From assembly GCA_964455395.1 (NCBI GenBank), contig CAYVWB010000010.1, forward strand, positions 13,731 through 77,730: a stretch of DNA of 64,000 nucleotides. Reading direction: 5' to 3'. A program made the translations under genes and the position numbers. The notes below the pieces were generated by a model. The model searched no databases. It was not told the origin of the DNA and worked only from the letters and a program-made list of their open reading frames with translations. Source of the stretch: an uncultured Desulfovibrionaceae bacterium (lineage in GTDB: Bacteria; Desulfobacterota; Desulfovibrionia; Desulfovibrionales; Desulfovibrionaceae). Of the stretch, positions 9,455 through 17,460 are shown piece after piece. Position 1 is the stretch's first letter. Every line of letters begins with the position of its first letter.

Positions 9455-10729
9455 ATGCTCCGTTTCGTCCACGCCGCCGACATCCACCTGGACAGCCCCC
9501 TGCGCGGTCTCGCCAATTATGACGGGGCCCCCGTGGAGGCCCTGCGCCACGCCACGCGGCGCGCTTTCGACAACCTCGTGCGCTTCGTCAAGCAGGAAGG
9601 CGTCCCCCTGCTGCTCATCAGCGGCGACCTTTACGACGGCGACTGGAAGGACTTCAACACCGGCCTCTACTTCCACCGCGCCATGGTGGAGCTGGGCGCA
9701 GCCGGCGTACGCGTGGCGGTGCTCCGCGGCAATCATGACGCGGCCAACGCCATGACCGCCTCCCTGCCGCCGGCGGAGAACGTCTTCGTGCTGGACCACC
9801 GCGCGCCCCAGACCATCCGCTTCGAAGACCTCGGCGTCGCCGTGCACGGCCAGAGTTTCACTGCGCCCCGGGAGGAACGCAACCTTGCCGCCGACTATCC
9901 GACCGCCGCAGTCGGACTCTTCAACATCGGCATGCTGCACACCGCCATGAACGGCGCCGCCGGCCACGAACGCTACGCTCCCTGTCGCCTGGACGACCTG
10001 CTGTCCAAGGGCTACGACTACTGGGCGCTGGGGCATGTCCATGCGCACGAAGTGGTCCACGCCAGCCCCCCGGTGCTCTGGGCCGGATGCCTGCAAGGCC
10101 GCCACATCCGTGAATCGGGCGTCAAGGGCTGCGTCCTCGTGGAGGTGGAGCCCGGCGGCGGGTCGCCACGCTGGAGCCACGTCCCCATGGACGTCGCGCG
10201 GTGGCTGGAACTTGAGGTTGACATCTCCGGCGCGCGGACCCTGGACGAAGCCGTGGGCCGCTTCGCGGAAGCGCTTCAGACGACCCTCGACGAGATGGCG
10301 ACCCCCTTGCTCGCCACCCGCGTACGCTTTGTCGGCAGCGCTCACGCGCACGAGGAGTTGGCCACGGAGCCCACGGCCCTCGCTGCGTCCTTGCGCGCGG
10401 CGGCGCTCTCCACGGCCCGGGACTTCGCCGGCGAGGTCTGGGTGGAGAAAATTCGTGTGGACACCACGCCCGCCCTGGACTTGGAAGCCCTCGCCGCCAG
10501 CGCGACTCCCCGCGGGGACCTCCTCAGATTCATTGAGGAATGCATCGAAGACGAAGCGCAGTTCGAGGCGCTGGGGCTGGACCTCACCGCGTTGAAAGGC
10601 AAGCTCCGCGCCGCCGGCGTGACGCCTCCCGACCTCGATGACCCGGCAGTGCGGCGGGAGAGCCTGCGCCAAGCGCGAGACCTCATTCTGCCGCAACTCG
10701 CACCCCTCGACGAAGAGGACGAGGACTGA
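9455..10729 (+). CDS. SbcD/YhaO-like metallophosphoesterase (DNA repair exonuclease subunit)
   Basis: MLRFVHAADIHLDSPL, ISGDLYDG and LRGNHD are calcineurin-like phosphoesterase motifs. The ORF track starts 6 codons earlier at 9437. Confidence 0.8.
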   Translation: MLRFVHAADIHLDSPLRGLANYDGAPVEALRHATRRAFDNLVRFVKQEGVPLLLISGDLYDGDWKDFNTGLYFHRAMVELGAAGVRVAVLRGNHDAANAMTASLPPAENVFVLDHRAPQTIRFEDLGVAVHGQSFTAPREERNLAADYPTAAVGLFNIGMLHTAMNGAAGHERYAPCRLDDLLSKGYDYWALGHVHAHEVVHASPPVLWAGCLQGRHIRESGVKGCVLVEVEPGGGSPRWSHVPMDVARWLELEVDISGARTLDEAVGRFAEALQTTLDEMATPLLATRVRFVGSAHAHEELATEPTALAASLRAAALSTARDFAGEVWVEKIRVDTTPALDLEALAASATPRGDLLRFIEECIEDEAQFEALGLDLTALKGKLRAAGVTPPDLDDPAVRRESLRQARDLILPQLAPLDEEDED

Positions 10730-10733
10730 GCCC

Positions 10734-13700
10734 ATGCGCATCCGTCGTTTCGAGCTGCGCGCTTACGGACCCTTCACCGGCGCGGAACTGGACTTCGGGC
10801 CCGGCCCCCACGGCTTCACTCTGGTCTACGGTCCCAACGAGGCCGGCAAAAGCACCGCCTTGCGCGCCATCCGTCGCTATTTCTACGGCATCCCCGTGCG
10901 CATCAACGAGGATATCCAGCGGCACCCCAAGCAACAGCTGGAGCTGGCGGCGGAACTGGAGCTCGGCGACGGCGGAAGGCTCCTCGCCAGCCGTCACAAA
11001 CGCAAGAAGAACTACCTGCTCGACAGCGGGGGCGAGCCCATCGATGACGCGTGGTGGAACGTCAATGTTTTGAACCGACTGGATAAATCCGCTTTTCAAC
11101 GCCTCTTCGGCATCGACCACGAGAGCCTCCGCGACGGCCGCGCCGCCTTGGAGAGCGGGCTGGGGCAAGCCCTCATGGCCGCCGCGGGGGGCGTGGCCGG
11201 ATTGCGCAACGTCATGGCCTCGCTGGAGGAAGAAGCCGGCGAATTGTTCAAACCACGAGGCCGCAAGCTGGTCATCCCGGAACTCGTCGGCGAAATCGTT
11301 GCACTGAACAAGGAGGTGGACCGACTCGCCGCCAAGCCAGCCCACTACGAAGAACTGCGCGAGCACGCAGCTGAATGCGAACGCCGCAAGCGGCGCGCTG
11401 AAGCCCGGCAACGTGAGCTCGCCGCGGAAGAGAGCCTTCTGGATCGCAGGAAACAGGCGCGCCAGCGCGCTCGGGAGCGACTGGAGATTCGGGAACGCCT
11501 CGACGCTTTCGAGAACATTCCGAATCTGCCTGCCGCCTTCGACAGCGAATACGTCCAAGCCGCGGAGGGAGCGCGTCACGCCGAATCGACCTCAGCCAAG
11601 CTTCAGACACGGCTCGAATGGCTGCGTGCGGAGCTCGACCGCCTGCAGCCGGACCGGACCATCCTGGAGGCCGCGCCCCTGGTGGACGGCCTCGCCGAAC
11701 GCCGTTTGGTGCGCGCCGCAAGGCAGGAGGAACAAGAGGAACTGGAGCAGGAACGCCGGGACCTGGAGGCCAGGCGATGCGCCATCCTCCAGACCCTGGA
11801 CCGTGCGGACACCTTGGAGCAAAGCCTCGCGTGGACTCTCCCCCGCGCACGCAAGGACGCGGTCTGGGGACTCGTCAGCGAACGCCAGGCCGCCGAGGAA
11901 ACCTTGCGGCAGACCCAGGCAGCGTGGCGCGAAGCCGAGGCTGAACATCGAGGGCTCGCTCGGCGGCTGGAGGAAACGCCCCTTGCAAGCGATGTGGAGA
12001 CGCTGGACCGTCTGGAACTCGCCGTGCGCGCCGCCGCGGAAACTCCCGCACTGTGCGAACGCCTGGAGGAAGCCGCCGCCGAACACGCGAGACTGGCCCG
12101 TCACGTGGAGGCGGCGTTGCGCGGCCTTGCGCCGTGGCGAGGCGACGCCGCGACGCTGGAGGCCGTATCGTTTCCGCTGGAGTCCACCGTTTCCCGCACG
12201 GGGGAGGCCCTGCATCGCGCCGAAACGCGGCTCGACGCCGCCCGGGACGAGGTCCATCGCCTGCAGACGCACCTGGATGAACGACGGCGCGAGATCCATC
12301 AAATAGAAACAGAGGTCTCGGGAGTCCTCAAGAAAAGCGAGGCGGACGCAGACTCGAGCAGTCTGCCGGACGCCACAACCCTCCAGACGGCCCGTGCGCT
12401 CCGCGACGAAGGGTGGGGGCTTCTGCGTGACCAGTGGACCGGGGTCTCTGCAGCCGGGAACAAGGACGCCATCCATCGGTTTCTCCATCATTTTCCGGCG
12501 CACAGAACGCTGGAGGACGCCTACGCCGCGGCGGTGCGTCAAGCCGACGGCGTGGCAGACGCCATGTTCCATCACGCCGAACGCATCGCCAGACGGGAGC
12601 AAGCCCGCCGCGAAGCCCAGGCGCTGGAGACGGCGCTCGCCGACGCGGAGAGGCTCCGGGACGAAGCGCGCAGCGACCGCGAAACGGCTGCCGCCGCGTG
12701 GGGGGAGCTTTGGCGAGCGGTGCTGGAGGATCCGCCCTCGCCGGCGGAAATGCGCGAGTGGCGGAGCAACGCAGAACGCGCTCGGGAACAGATCCTCGCC
12801 CTGCGCGACGTGGAGGCGCGCCGCACCCGGATGCAGGAGCGCGCGGACTCGCTCTTCAAGGATCTCCGAGAGACCCTCTCCGCATATGCTGCCGTGCAGG
12901 CGGGTGCGAATCCCGACGCGCCGGAGCGCTTGGAGCCTTCGGAGTCGCCCGACGCCCTGCGGCGGTTGCGCGCGCATGCCGAGCAGGTGGCGGCGGAGGG
13001 ACGCGAGCAGGCCAATCGGCGCGTCCGCCTTCGTGAACAGCTCGCCGCCGTCGCCCGACAGGTCCACACCGCGGAAGAGCGGCGCGTCGCCGCCGAAGCC
13101 CGCATGGCGACATGGCGCGAGGCGTGGTTGGCGCAGGTGACGCCGCTGGGGTTCACCCGGGAGAGCGCCGAAGCAGACGACGCGCCCCAACGCGTCACGG
13201 CTTTTCTGGGGGCCATGAGCGAGGCTGCTTCCCTGGCGCAGCGCGTGACGGAACTCGGTCGCAGGTTGGAGGATATTCGGACGGAACAGACGGTTTTCGC
13301 CCAGGAAACCCGGCGACTGGCGGCGCGTGTGGCCCCCGACCTGACGCCCGAAGACGGCGAGGGCATGCGGGCCGAGGACCTGGCTCGCGCCCTGGCCGAA
13401 CGCCTGGATCGCGCCCGCAAGGACGAGACGACGCGCGAAGCAAGGCGGAAAGAGCTGGCCGAGGTCCGCGCCGAAGCCGCCGAAGCCGCCGCCGCCCTGG
13501 AAACGGCGCGAAACCGACTGCTGATCTTGGCCAAGCGCATGGGCGTGGAGCCGGAGCAGGCGCCGGAGCGTCTGGAGCGCATCGCCTTGAAGCGTGAACT
13601 CTTCAGCACGCTGGAAAATCTGGAGTCCGAGTTGCGCGGTTTCGCCCAGGGCGATCCCCTGGAGACCTTCGCCAATGATGCTCTGGCGCACGATCCTGAC

Positions 13701-14375
13701 GAGCTGGCTGCGCGTCGCGCCGAGGTCCGCAGGGAGCTCGCCCTCTGTGAAGAGTCCCGCGATCGGCACCAGGCAGAGCTCACCACCGCCCGCAACGAGC
13801 TTGAGGCCATGGACGGCGAGTCCAGAGCGGCTCTTGTCCGGGAGCAGGCTGCGCAAAAGGCCTCCGCCCTCCAGGGGCATGTGGAGCGCTACGTCGTGCT
13901 TTCGCTGGCGGGCAGGCTCGTGGCTCGGGAGATAGAGCGCTACCGCAAGGCCAATCAGGACCCCGTGCTGCAGTCAGCCAGTCAGTATTTCGCCGCCATG
14001 ACCGCAGGCCGGTATCTGCGTGTTGACGCGGATTACGACGAGAATGGCGACGCCGTGCTCGCAGCCGTGCGGCGGGAGGGCGAAACGGCGTCTCGGCTGG
14101 GCGTCTCCCAGCTGAGCGACGGGACGCGGGATCAGCTCTTCCTCGCCATGCGCTGCGGCGGTCTGGAGCGGTATCTTGAGAACAACGCGCCCCACCCCTT
14201 CATCGTCGACGACATCCTCGTGCATTTCGACGATGCGCGCAGCAAGGCCGCGTTGAAGGCCTTGGGCCAGCTGGCGTCGCGTACACAGGTTATTTTCTTC
14301 ACCCACCACGAGCACCTCGTGGCGCTGGCCGAGGCCGCGGCGCCGACGTTCCTGCGTGTGGTGCGTCTGGAATAA
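10734..14375 (+). CDS. SbcC/YhaN-like AAA ATPase with long coiled coil
   Basis: Start MRIRRFELRAYGPFTG, 5 nt after the upstream stop. Walker A is GPNEAGKST. There is about 900 aa of E/R/A-rich coiled coil. The C-terminus has the signature LSDGTRDQLFLA and Walker B FIVDDIL. No CxxC zinc hook is visible. Confidence 0.8.
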   Translation: MRIRRFELRAYGPFTGAELDFGPGPHGFTLVYGPNEAGKSTALRAIRRYFYGIPVRINEDIQRHPKQQLELAAELELGDGGRLLASRHKRKKNYLLDSGGEPIDDAWWNVNVLNRLDKSAFQRLFGIDHESLRDGRAALESGLGQALMAAAGGVAGLRNVMASLEEEAGELFKPRGRKLVIPELVGEIVALNKEVDRLAAKPAHYEELREHAAECERRKRRAEARQRELAAEESLLDRRKQARQRARERLEIRERLDAFENIPNLPAAFDSEYVQAAEGARHAESTSAKLQTRLEWLRAELDRLQPDRTILEAAPLVDGLAERRLVRAARQEEQEELEQERRDLEARRCAILQTLDRADTLEQSLAWTLPRARKDAVWGLVSERQAAEETLRQTQAAWREAEAEHRGLARRLEETPLASDVETLDRLELAVRAAAETPALCERLEEAAAEHARLARHVEAALRGLAPWRGDAATLEAVSFPLESTVSRTGEALHRAETRLDAARDEVHRLQTHLDERRREIHQIETEVSGVLKKSEADADSSSLPDATTLQTARALRDEGWGLLRDQWTGVSAAGNKDAIHRFLHHFPAHRTLEDAYAAAVRQADGVADAMFHHAERIARREQARREAQALETALADAERLRDEARSDRETAAAAWGELWRAVLEDPPSPAEMREWRSNAERAREQILALRDVEARRTRMQERADSLFKDLRETLSAYAAVQAGANPDAPERLEPSESPDALRRLRAHAEQVAAEGREQANRRVRLREQLAAVARQVHTAEERRVAAEARMATWREAWLAQVTPLGFTRESAEADDAPQRVTAFLGAMSEAASLAQRVTELGRRLEDIRTEQTVFAQETRRLAARVAPDLTPEDGEGMRAEDLARALAERLDRARKDETTREARRKELAEVRAEAAEAAAALETARNRLLILAKRMGVEPEQAPERLERIALKRELFSTLENLESELRGFAQGDPLETFANDALAHDPDELAARRAEVRRELALCEESRDRHQAELTTARNELEAMDGESRAALVREQAAQKASALQGHVERYVVLSLAGRLVAREIERYRKANQDPVLQSASQYFAAMTAGRYLRVDADYDENGDAVLAAVRREGETASRLGVSQLSDGTRDQLFLAMRCGGLERYLENNAPHPFIVDDILVHFDDARSKAALKALGQLASRTQVIFFTHHEHLVALAEAAAPTFLRVVRLE

Positions 14376-14401
14376 AAAAACCGACAGGATGATCCTGTCG
14401 G
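14374..14401 (-). terminator. intrinsic terminator (minus strand), end of RNA candidate copy 1
   Basis: The minus strand reads CCGACAGG-ATCAT-CCTGTCGG followed by T7. On the plus strand this is an A7 run at 14374-14380 followed by the hairpin at 14381-14401. Confidence 0.65.
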
Positions 14402-14584
14402 CGGCGGGGGGGAAATCTTCACGCGGGCTGGGATAACCAGCTGTCTCGAAATCTGTATTCGAGCGGGGATGCGTGTATCAGCGTCTCCCGAAGCGCTTTT
14501 TCGCGCTGTTATGGGGAATCGGCTCCATATTTTTCCTGCATCCTCCGTTGCGTGGTTCTCGAAAACAGCCACTCATCGTCTGTT
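14374..14584 (-). ncRNA. candidate structured small RNA, copy 1 (family not recognised)
   Basis: Bounded by the promoter-like TGGACA-N16-TAATAT (14591-14618) and the terminator at 14374-14401. It shares spaced conserved blocks and hairpins with copy 2. No frame-conserved ORF is present. Confidence 0.4.
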
Positions 14585-14590
14585 ACTTCT

Positions 14591-14618
14591 ATATTAAGCA
14601 CGCTGCGGATGGTGTCCA
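14591..14618 (-). promoter_or_regulatory. sigma70-like promoter candidate for RNA copy 1
   Basis: On the minus strand, TGGACA (14618-14613) is followed by a 16-nt spacer and TAATAT (14596-14591). Confidence 0.45.
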
Positions 14619-14696
14619 GTCCCTCATGATGACTTTTTGCAGTTCTCTGCTTCCTGTGCGCAGTGCGAAGCAGGCTGCGTGCTTCGTCATTCAGAC

Positions 14697-14728
14697 AAAA
14701 AAATACCGTGAGGGTTGCAACCTCACGG
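14697..14728 (-). terminator. intrinsic terminator (minus strand), end of RNA candidate copy 2
   Basis: The minus strand reads CCGTGAGG-TTGCAAC-CCTCACGG, then TA, then T7. On the plus strand this is an A7 run at 14697-14703 and stem arms at 14706-14713 and 14721-14728. Confidence 0.65.
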
Positions 14729-14905
14729 CCAGGGGAACTTGAACTGCGCGCGGTCTGGAATAACCAGCGCTCTCGTGTTGCTCATTACGAGCGGGGATGC
14801 GCGCCTTGTCTGTGTCCCATGCGCCTCGTCGCGCGTTGTATGGGGTCATGTCGCATTAGTAGGCTCGTCCCTCCGTCGCGGTTCAGATACCTTTCCTCTG
14901 CCTCA
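14697..14905 (-). ncRNA. candidate structured small RNA, copy 2 (paralogue of copy 1)
   Basis: It has the same blocks at the same spacing as copy 1, offset by about 328 bp, and its own terminator. A TGGACA box is conserved at 14938-14933, but the -10 region is poor (TACTTC), so the 5' end is uncertain. Confidence 0.35.
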
Positions 14906-15059
14906 CTCATGAAGTAACCATCACTGCGGCGTTGTCCAGAGGCGTCGGGCGAATTTGATGGAACCATGCGTCGGCGATGAAGGGGCGCGGCCCTGTGGCG
15001 CGCCCCTGTGGCTGCGTGTGGGCGCTTGTGGGGACTGCAGAGTGCGGGCGGCGACGGCG

Positions 15060-15590
15060 CTAGCCGCAGGATTTTGTCCCGGCGAAGGCTTTCCACAGCA
15101 CCGAGCTGGAGAGGAAGGAAGACGCGTGGAAGGCCGCATCGAAGACGTCTGCGTCGGTCCAGCCGTGGCCGCGCAGTGTGTCAACATCCGCAGCGGAGAC
15201 AGCTTCGGGGTCTTCCAGCATCGAGAGGATGAAGAGGAAGAGCGCTTTGCGAGCGTCGTCCATCTCCACGGCTTCGGGGGTTTCGCGCAAGGCGCGGAGG
15301 TCGTCTTCCGTCATCATGGCGGCGGCCTGCAGGATGGAGCCGTTGAAGTCGTAGCAGAACTGGTAGCCGTAGCGGTGGGCCAGCACGTAGCGGGTCATGG
15401 CGAGAAGCTCCATGTCCAGCCGCGGATGGGCCATGAAGTACTGCATCAGCGAGGCCTGTCGGGACAGGATTTCCGGGGAGGCGGAGAAGAGGACCATGGG
15501 GTCCGGCACGGGGACGGCCGGGGGGAGCACGGCGTAGGCGTCGGCGATCTTGCCTTCTGCTTCATCTGGCGGGGTGTGGTTCAAGAGCAT
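15060..15590 (-). CDS. carboxymuconolactone decarboxylase / AhpD-like family protein
   Basis: 176 aa starting at MLLNHTPPDEAEG, with the SD AAGGAG upstream. The all-helical sequence and overall resemblance point to CMD/AhpD-like proteins, but no CxxC motif is seen. The assignment is tentative. Confidence 0.5.
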   Translation of the reverse strand: MLLNHTPPDEAEGKIADAYAVLPPAVPVPDPMVLFSASPEILSRQASLMQYFMAHPRLDMELLAMTRYVLAHRYGYQFCYDFNGSILQAAAMMTEDDLRALRETPEAVEMDDARKALFLFILSMLEDPEAVSAADVDTLRGHGWTDADVFDAAFHASSFLSSSVLWKAFAGTKSCG

Positions 15591-15823
15591 GGGGGCTCCT
15601 TGTGAGGGTCGGTGTTGAAGGGCGATTTCCTTCCCTAGCCTCTCGTGAGGAGGGAGGCAAGAGCGGCGCCTGACCGATTTCTCCTCCCTGCGAAGACGCT
15701 GCGCGCCATGGCGTTGCGGATGGCGGACGTGGTAGAATGACCGATGCCGACACCGGCGTTTCCTGCAGACCATCAACCGCCACGACCGCCGCTCGCAGCG
15801 CTGTCGGGCGAGGGAGGAACCCC

Positions 15824-16876
15824 ATGATCAAGGCGAGCATCAATGGTTTCGGTCGCATCGGCCGCACCGCCATGCGGGTCTATCTGAGCCGTCCGGACCT
15901 CCGGGAGGCCCTGGACATCGCAGCCATCAACACCTCCGGCAGCATGAATCTGGAAGGCTGGGCCATGTTGCTGAAGCACGACACAACCTATCGCGGCCTA
16001 CCCAATGAATTCGCCTGGGAAGAAACGCGGCCCGCCAGCGAGGCCACGGACGCCGACCCCGAGATCGGCGTCTTCATCATCGACGGCAAGCGCATCCCCG
16101 TCACGGCGCAACGCGATCCCGCCAAACTCCCGTGGAAGGAGTACGGCGTGGAACTCGTGTTGGAGTGCACCGGCGTCTTCCTGAGCGAAGACAAGGCCAA
16201 AGCGCACCTGGAAGCCGGCGCCAGACGTGTGCTCCTCTCCGCGCCGGCCAAAGGCGGCGGCGTGGAAACCCACCTCCTCGGCGTCTCCAAGCACGCGCCT
16301 TCCGGGGCCATCGTCTCCAACGCCTCCTGCACCACCAACTGCGTGGCCCCTGTCATGGAAGTCCTGCACGAAGCCCTGGGCGTGAAGAAAGCAAGCCTCA
16401 CCACCGTGCATGCCTACACCGACGGGCAGAACATCCAGGACGGCTCGCACAAGAAGGACATGTACCGCGCGCGCGCCGCCGCGGAGAACCTGGCGCCCAC
16501 CTCCACCGGCGCAGCCAAGGCCGTGACCCAGGTCATCCCGGCGTTGGATGGGCTCTTCGACGGTCTGGCCATCCGCACGCCCACGGTCACCGGCTCCATC
16601 TCGGACATCGTGGCGCTCACGAGCCGGGAGACGACCATCGCCGAAGTCAACGAGATCTTCACCAGGGCCGCCGCTTCCAACGCCATGCGCGGCGTGCTCG
16701 GCGTGACCGAAGAACCCCTCGTCTCCAGCGACATCATCGGCTCCAGCTATTCGTGCATTGTGGCGCTGCCCTTCACCAACGTCATCGACGGCGACCTGGT
16801 GAAGGTGCTTGCTTGGTACGACAACGAATGGGGCTACTGCTCACGTCTGGTGGAGCTGGCCACGAAGCTCGACTGA
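15824..16876 (+). CDS. gap: type I glyceraldehyde-3-phosphate dehydrogenase
   Basis: MIKASINGFGRIGR (NAD-binding N-terminus), the active-site block SNASCTTNC, and WYDNEWGY near the C-terminus. The SD GGGAGG lies upstream. Confidence 0.92.
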   Translation: MIKASINGFGRIGRTAMRVYLSRPDLREALDIAAINTSGSMNLEGWAMLLKHDTTYRGLPNEFAWEETRPASEATDADPEIGVFIIDGKRIPVTAQRDPAKLPWKEYGVELVLECTGVFLSEDKAKAHLEAGARRVLLSAPAKGGGVETHLLGVSKHAPSGAIVSNASCTTNCVAPVMEVLHEALGVKKASLTTVHAYTDGQNIQDGSHKKDMYRARAAAENLAPTSTGAAKAVTQVIPALDGLFDGLAIRTPTVTGSISDIVALTSRETTIAEVNEIFTRAAASNAMRGVLGVTEEPLVSSDIIGSSYSCIVALPFTNVIDGDLVKVLAWYDNEWGYCSRLVELATKLD

Positions 16877-16900
16877 ACGGCGTCACCCGGGACTGTGCGC

Positions 16901-16931
16901 AAACGCCGGCGGGGTCATTCCGTCGGCGTTT
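16901..16931 (+). terminator. hairpin terminator candidate after gap
   Basis: AAACGCCGGCGG-GGTCATT-CCGTCGGCGTTT (one mismatch), followed by a short T-rich stretch. Confidence 0.45.
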
Positions 16932-17034
16932 GTCGTGTGCGCGCAGGGGAAGTGGGGCGAGGAAGGGAGACGGGAAACGCCCCCCGGCTGCGGCCGTGGC
17001 GCGTGCTTCGATATGGCGGCCATGGGCGCTCGGA

Positions 17035-17367
17035 TCACGGATGACAGCTGAAATGTCGGCCCCAGTCGCCTGCGGCGGGGGCGGCGCCGCGGCGCACGTC
17101 GTCCAGAAAGGCGGTGTATTCGTCATAGGTCAATGCGCCGTCGCTGCCTGCGGCCGAGGTGAAGTAGCCCAGGCTGGAGAAACGGCAGACCACGCCGAAT
17201 TCCTCGGCGGTGACGGCGCCGTCGCCATCGTGGTCCATGGCTCTGAAACGGCCGATGCGTTGCGCCGCGGCGTTGGGGGTCAGCGGGCCCAGGCTGTGCG
17301 CCAGCATGAGGACGCCGACAAGCGCCAGCGACGTCGCGAGGTGGAGTAGTGGAAACGGGGTGCGCAT
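17035..17367 (-). CDS. secreted EF-hand calcium-binding protein
   Basis: Signal-peptide-like N-terminus (LLHLATSLALVGVLMLAHS). Two EF-hand loops are present: DHDGDGAVTAEEF and a degenerate second loop, GSDGALTYDEY. Confidence 0.65.
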   Translation of the reverse strand: MRTPFPLLHLATSLALVGVLMLAHSLGPLTPNAAAQRIGRFRAMDHDGDGAVTAEEFGVVCRFSSLGYFTSAAGSDGALTYDEYTAFLDDVRRGAAPAAGDWGRHFSCHP

Positions 17368-17460
17368 GCGTCATCCTACCACGACCATGCTGCGTTTCGA
17401 TGACAGCGCGTACGAGGACGCCGCGTACGATGAAAACGCGTGCGGGGACGCCGCAGGCTG

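Noticed and set aside
9455-14375. The SbcD/SbcC-like pair as a phage-defence island
   Set aside because: There are no neighbouring defence, mobile or toxin genes, and the composition is native-looking. It sits between an aminotransferase and gap. This is retained only as a low-interest alternative in the findings.
14374-14940. Tandem units as CsrB/RsmY-like CsrA sponges, 6S RNA, or sigma54-driven sRNAs
   Set aside because: The GGA count (about 5 and 3 per unit) is near the chance expectation. No long closed 6S-like rod with a central bubble could be folded by eye. The TGGACA...GCAG elements have GG-to-GC spacings of 11 and 10 rather than 12, and the spacing differs between copies.
14376-15096. 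Small ORFs through the tandem units: minus-strand MEPIPHNSAKKRFGRR in copy 1, MRHDPIQRATRRMGHRQGAHPRS in copy 2, and the 103-aa and 146-aa track ORFs
   Set aside because: The most conserved nucleotide blocks are read in different frames in the two copies. The long ORFs run into the neighbouring gene or the terminator. The peptides are Arg-rich, as expected from random GC-rich sequence. A short basic peptide cannot be fully excluded without ribosome profiling.
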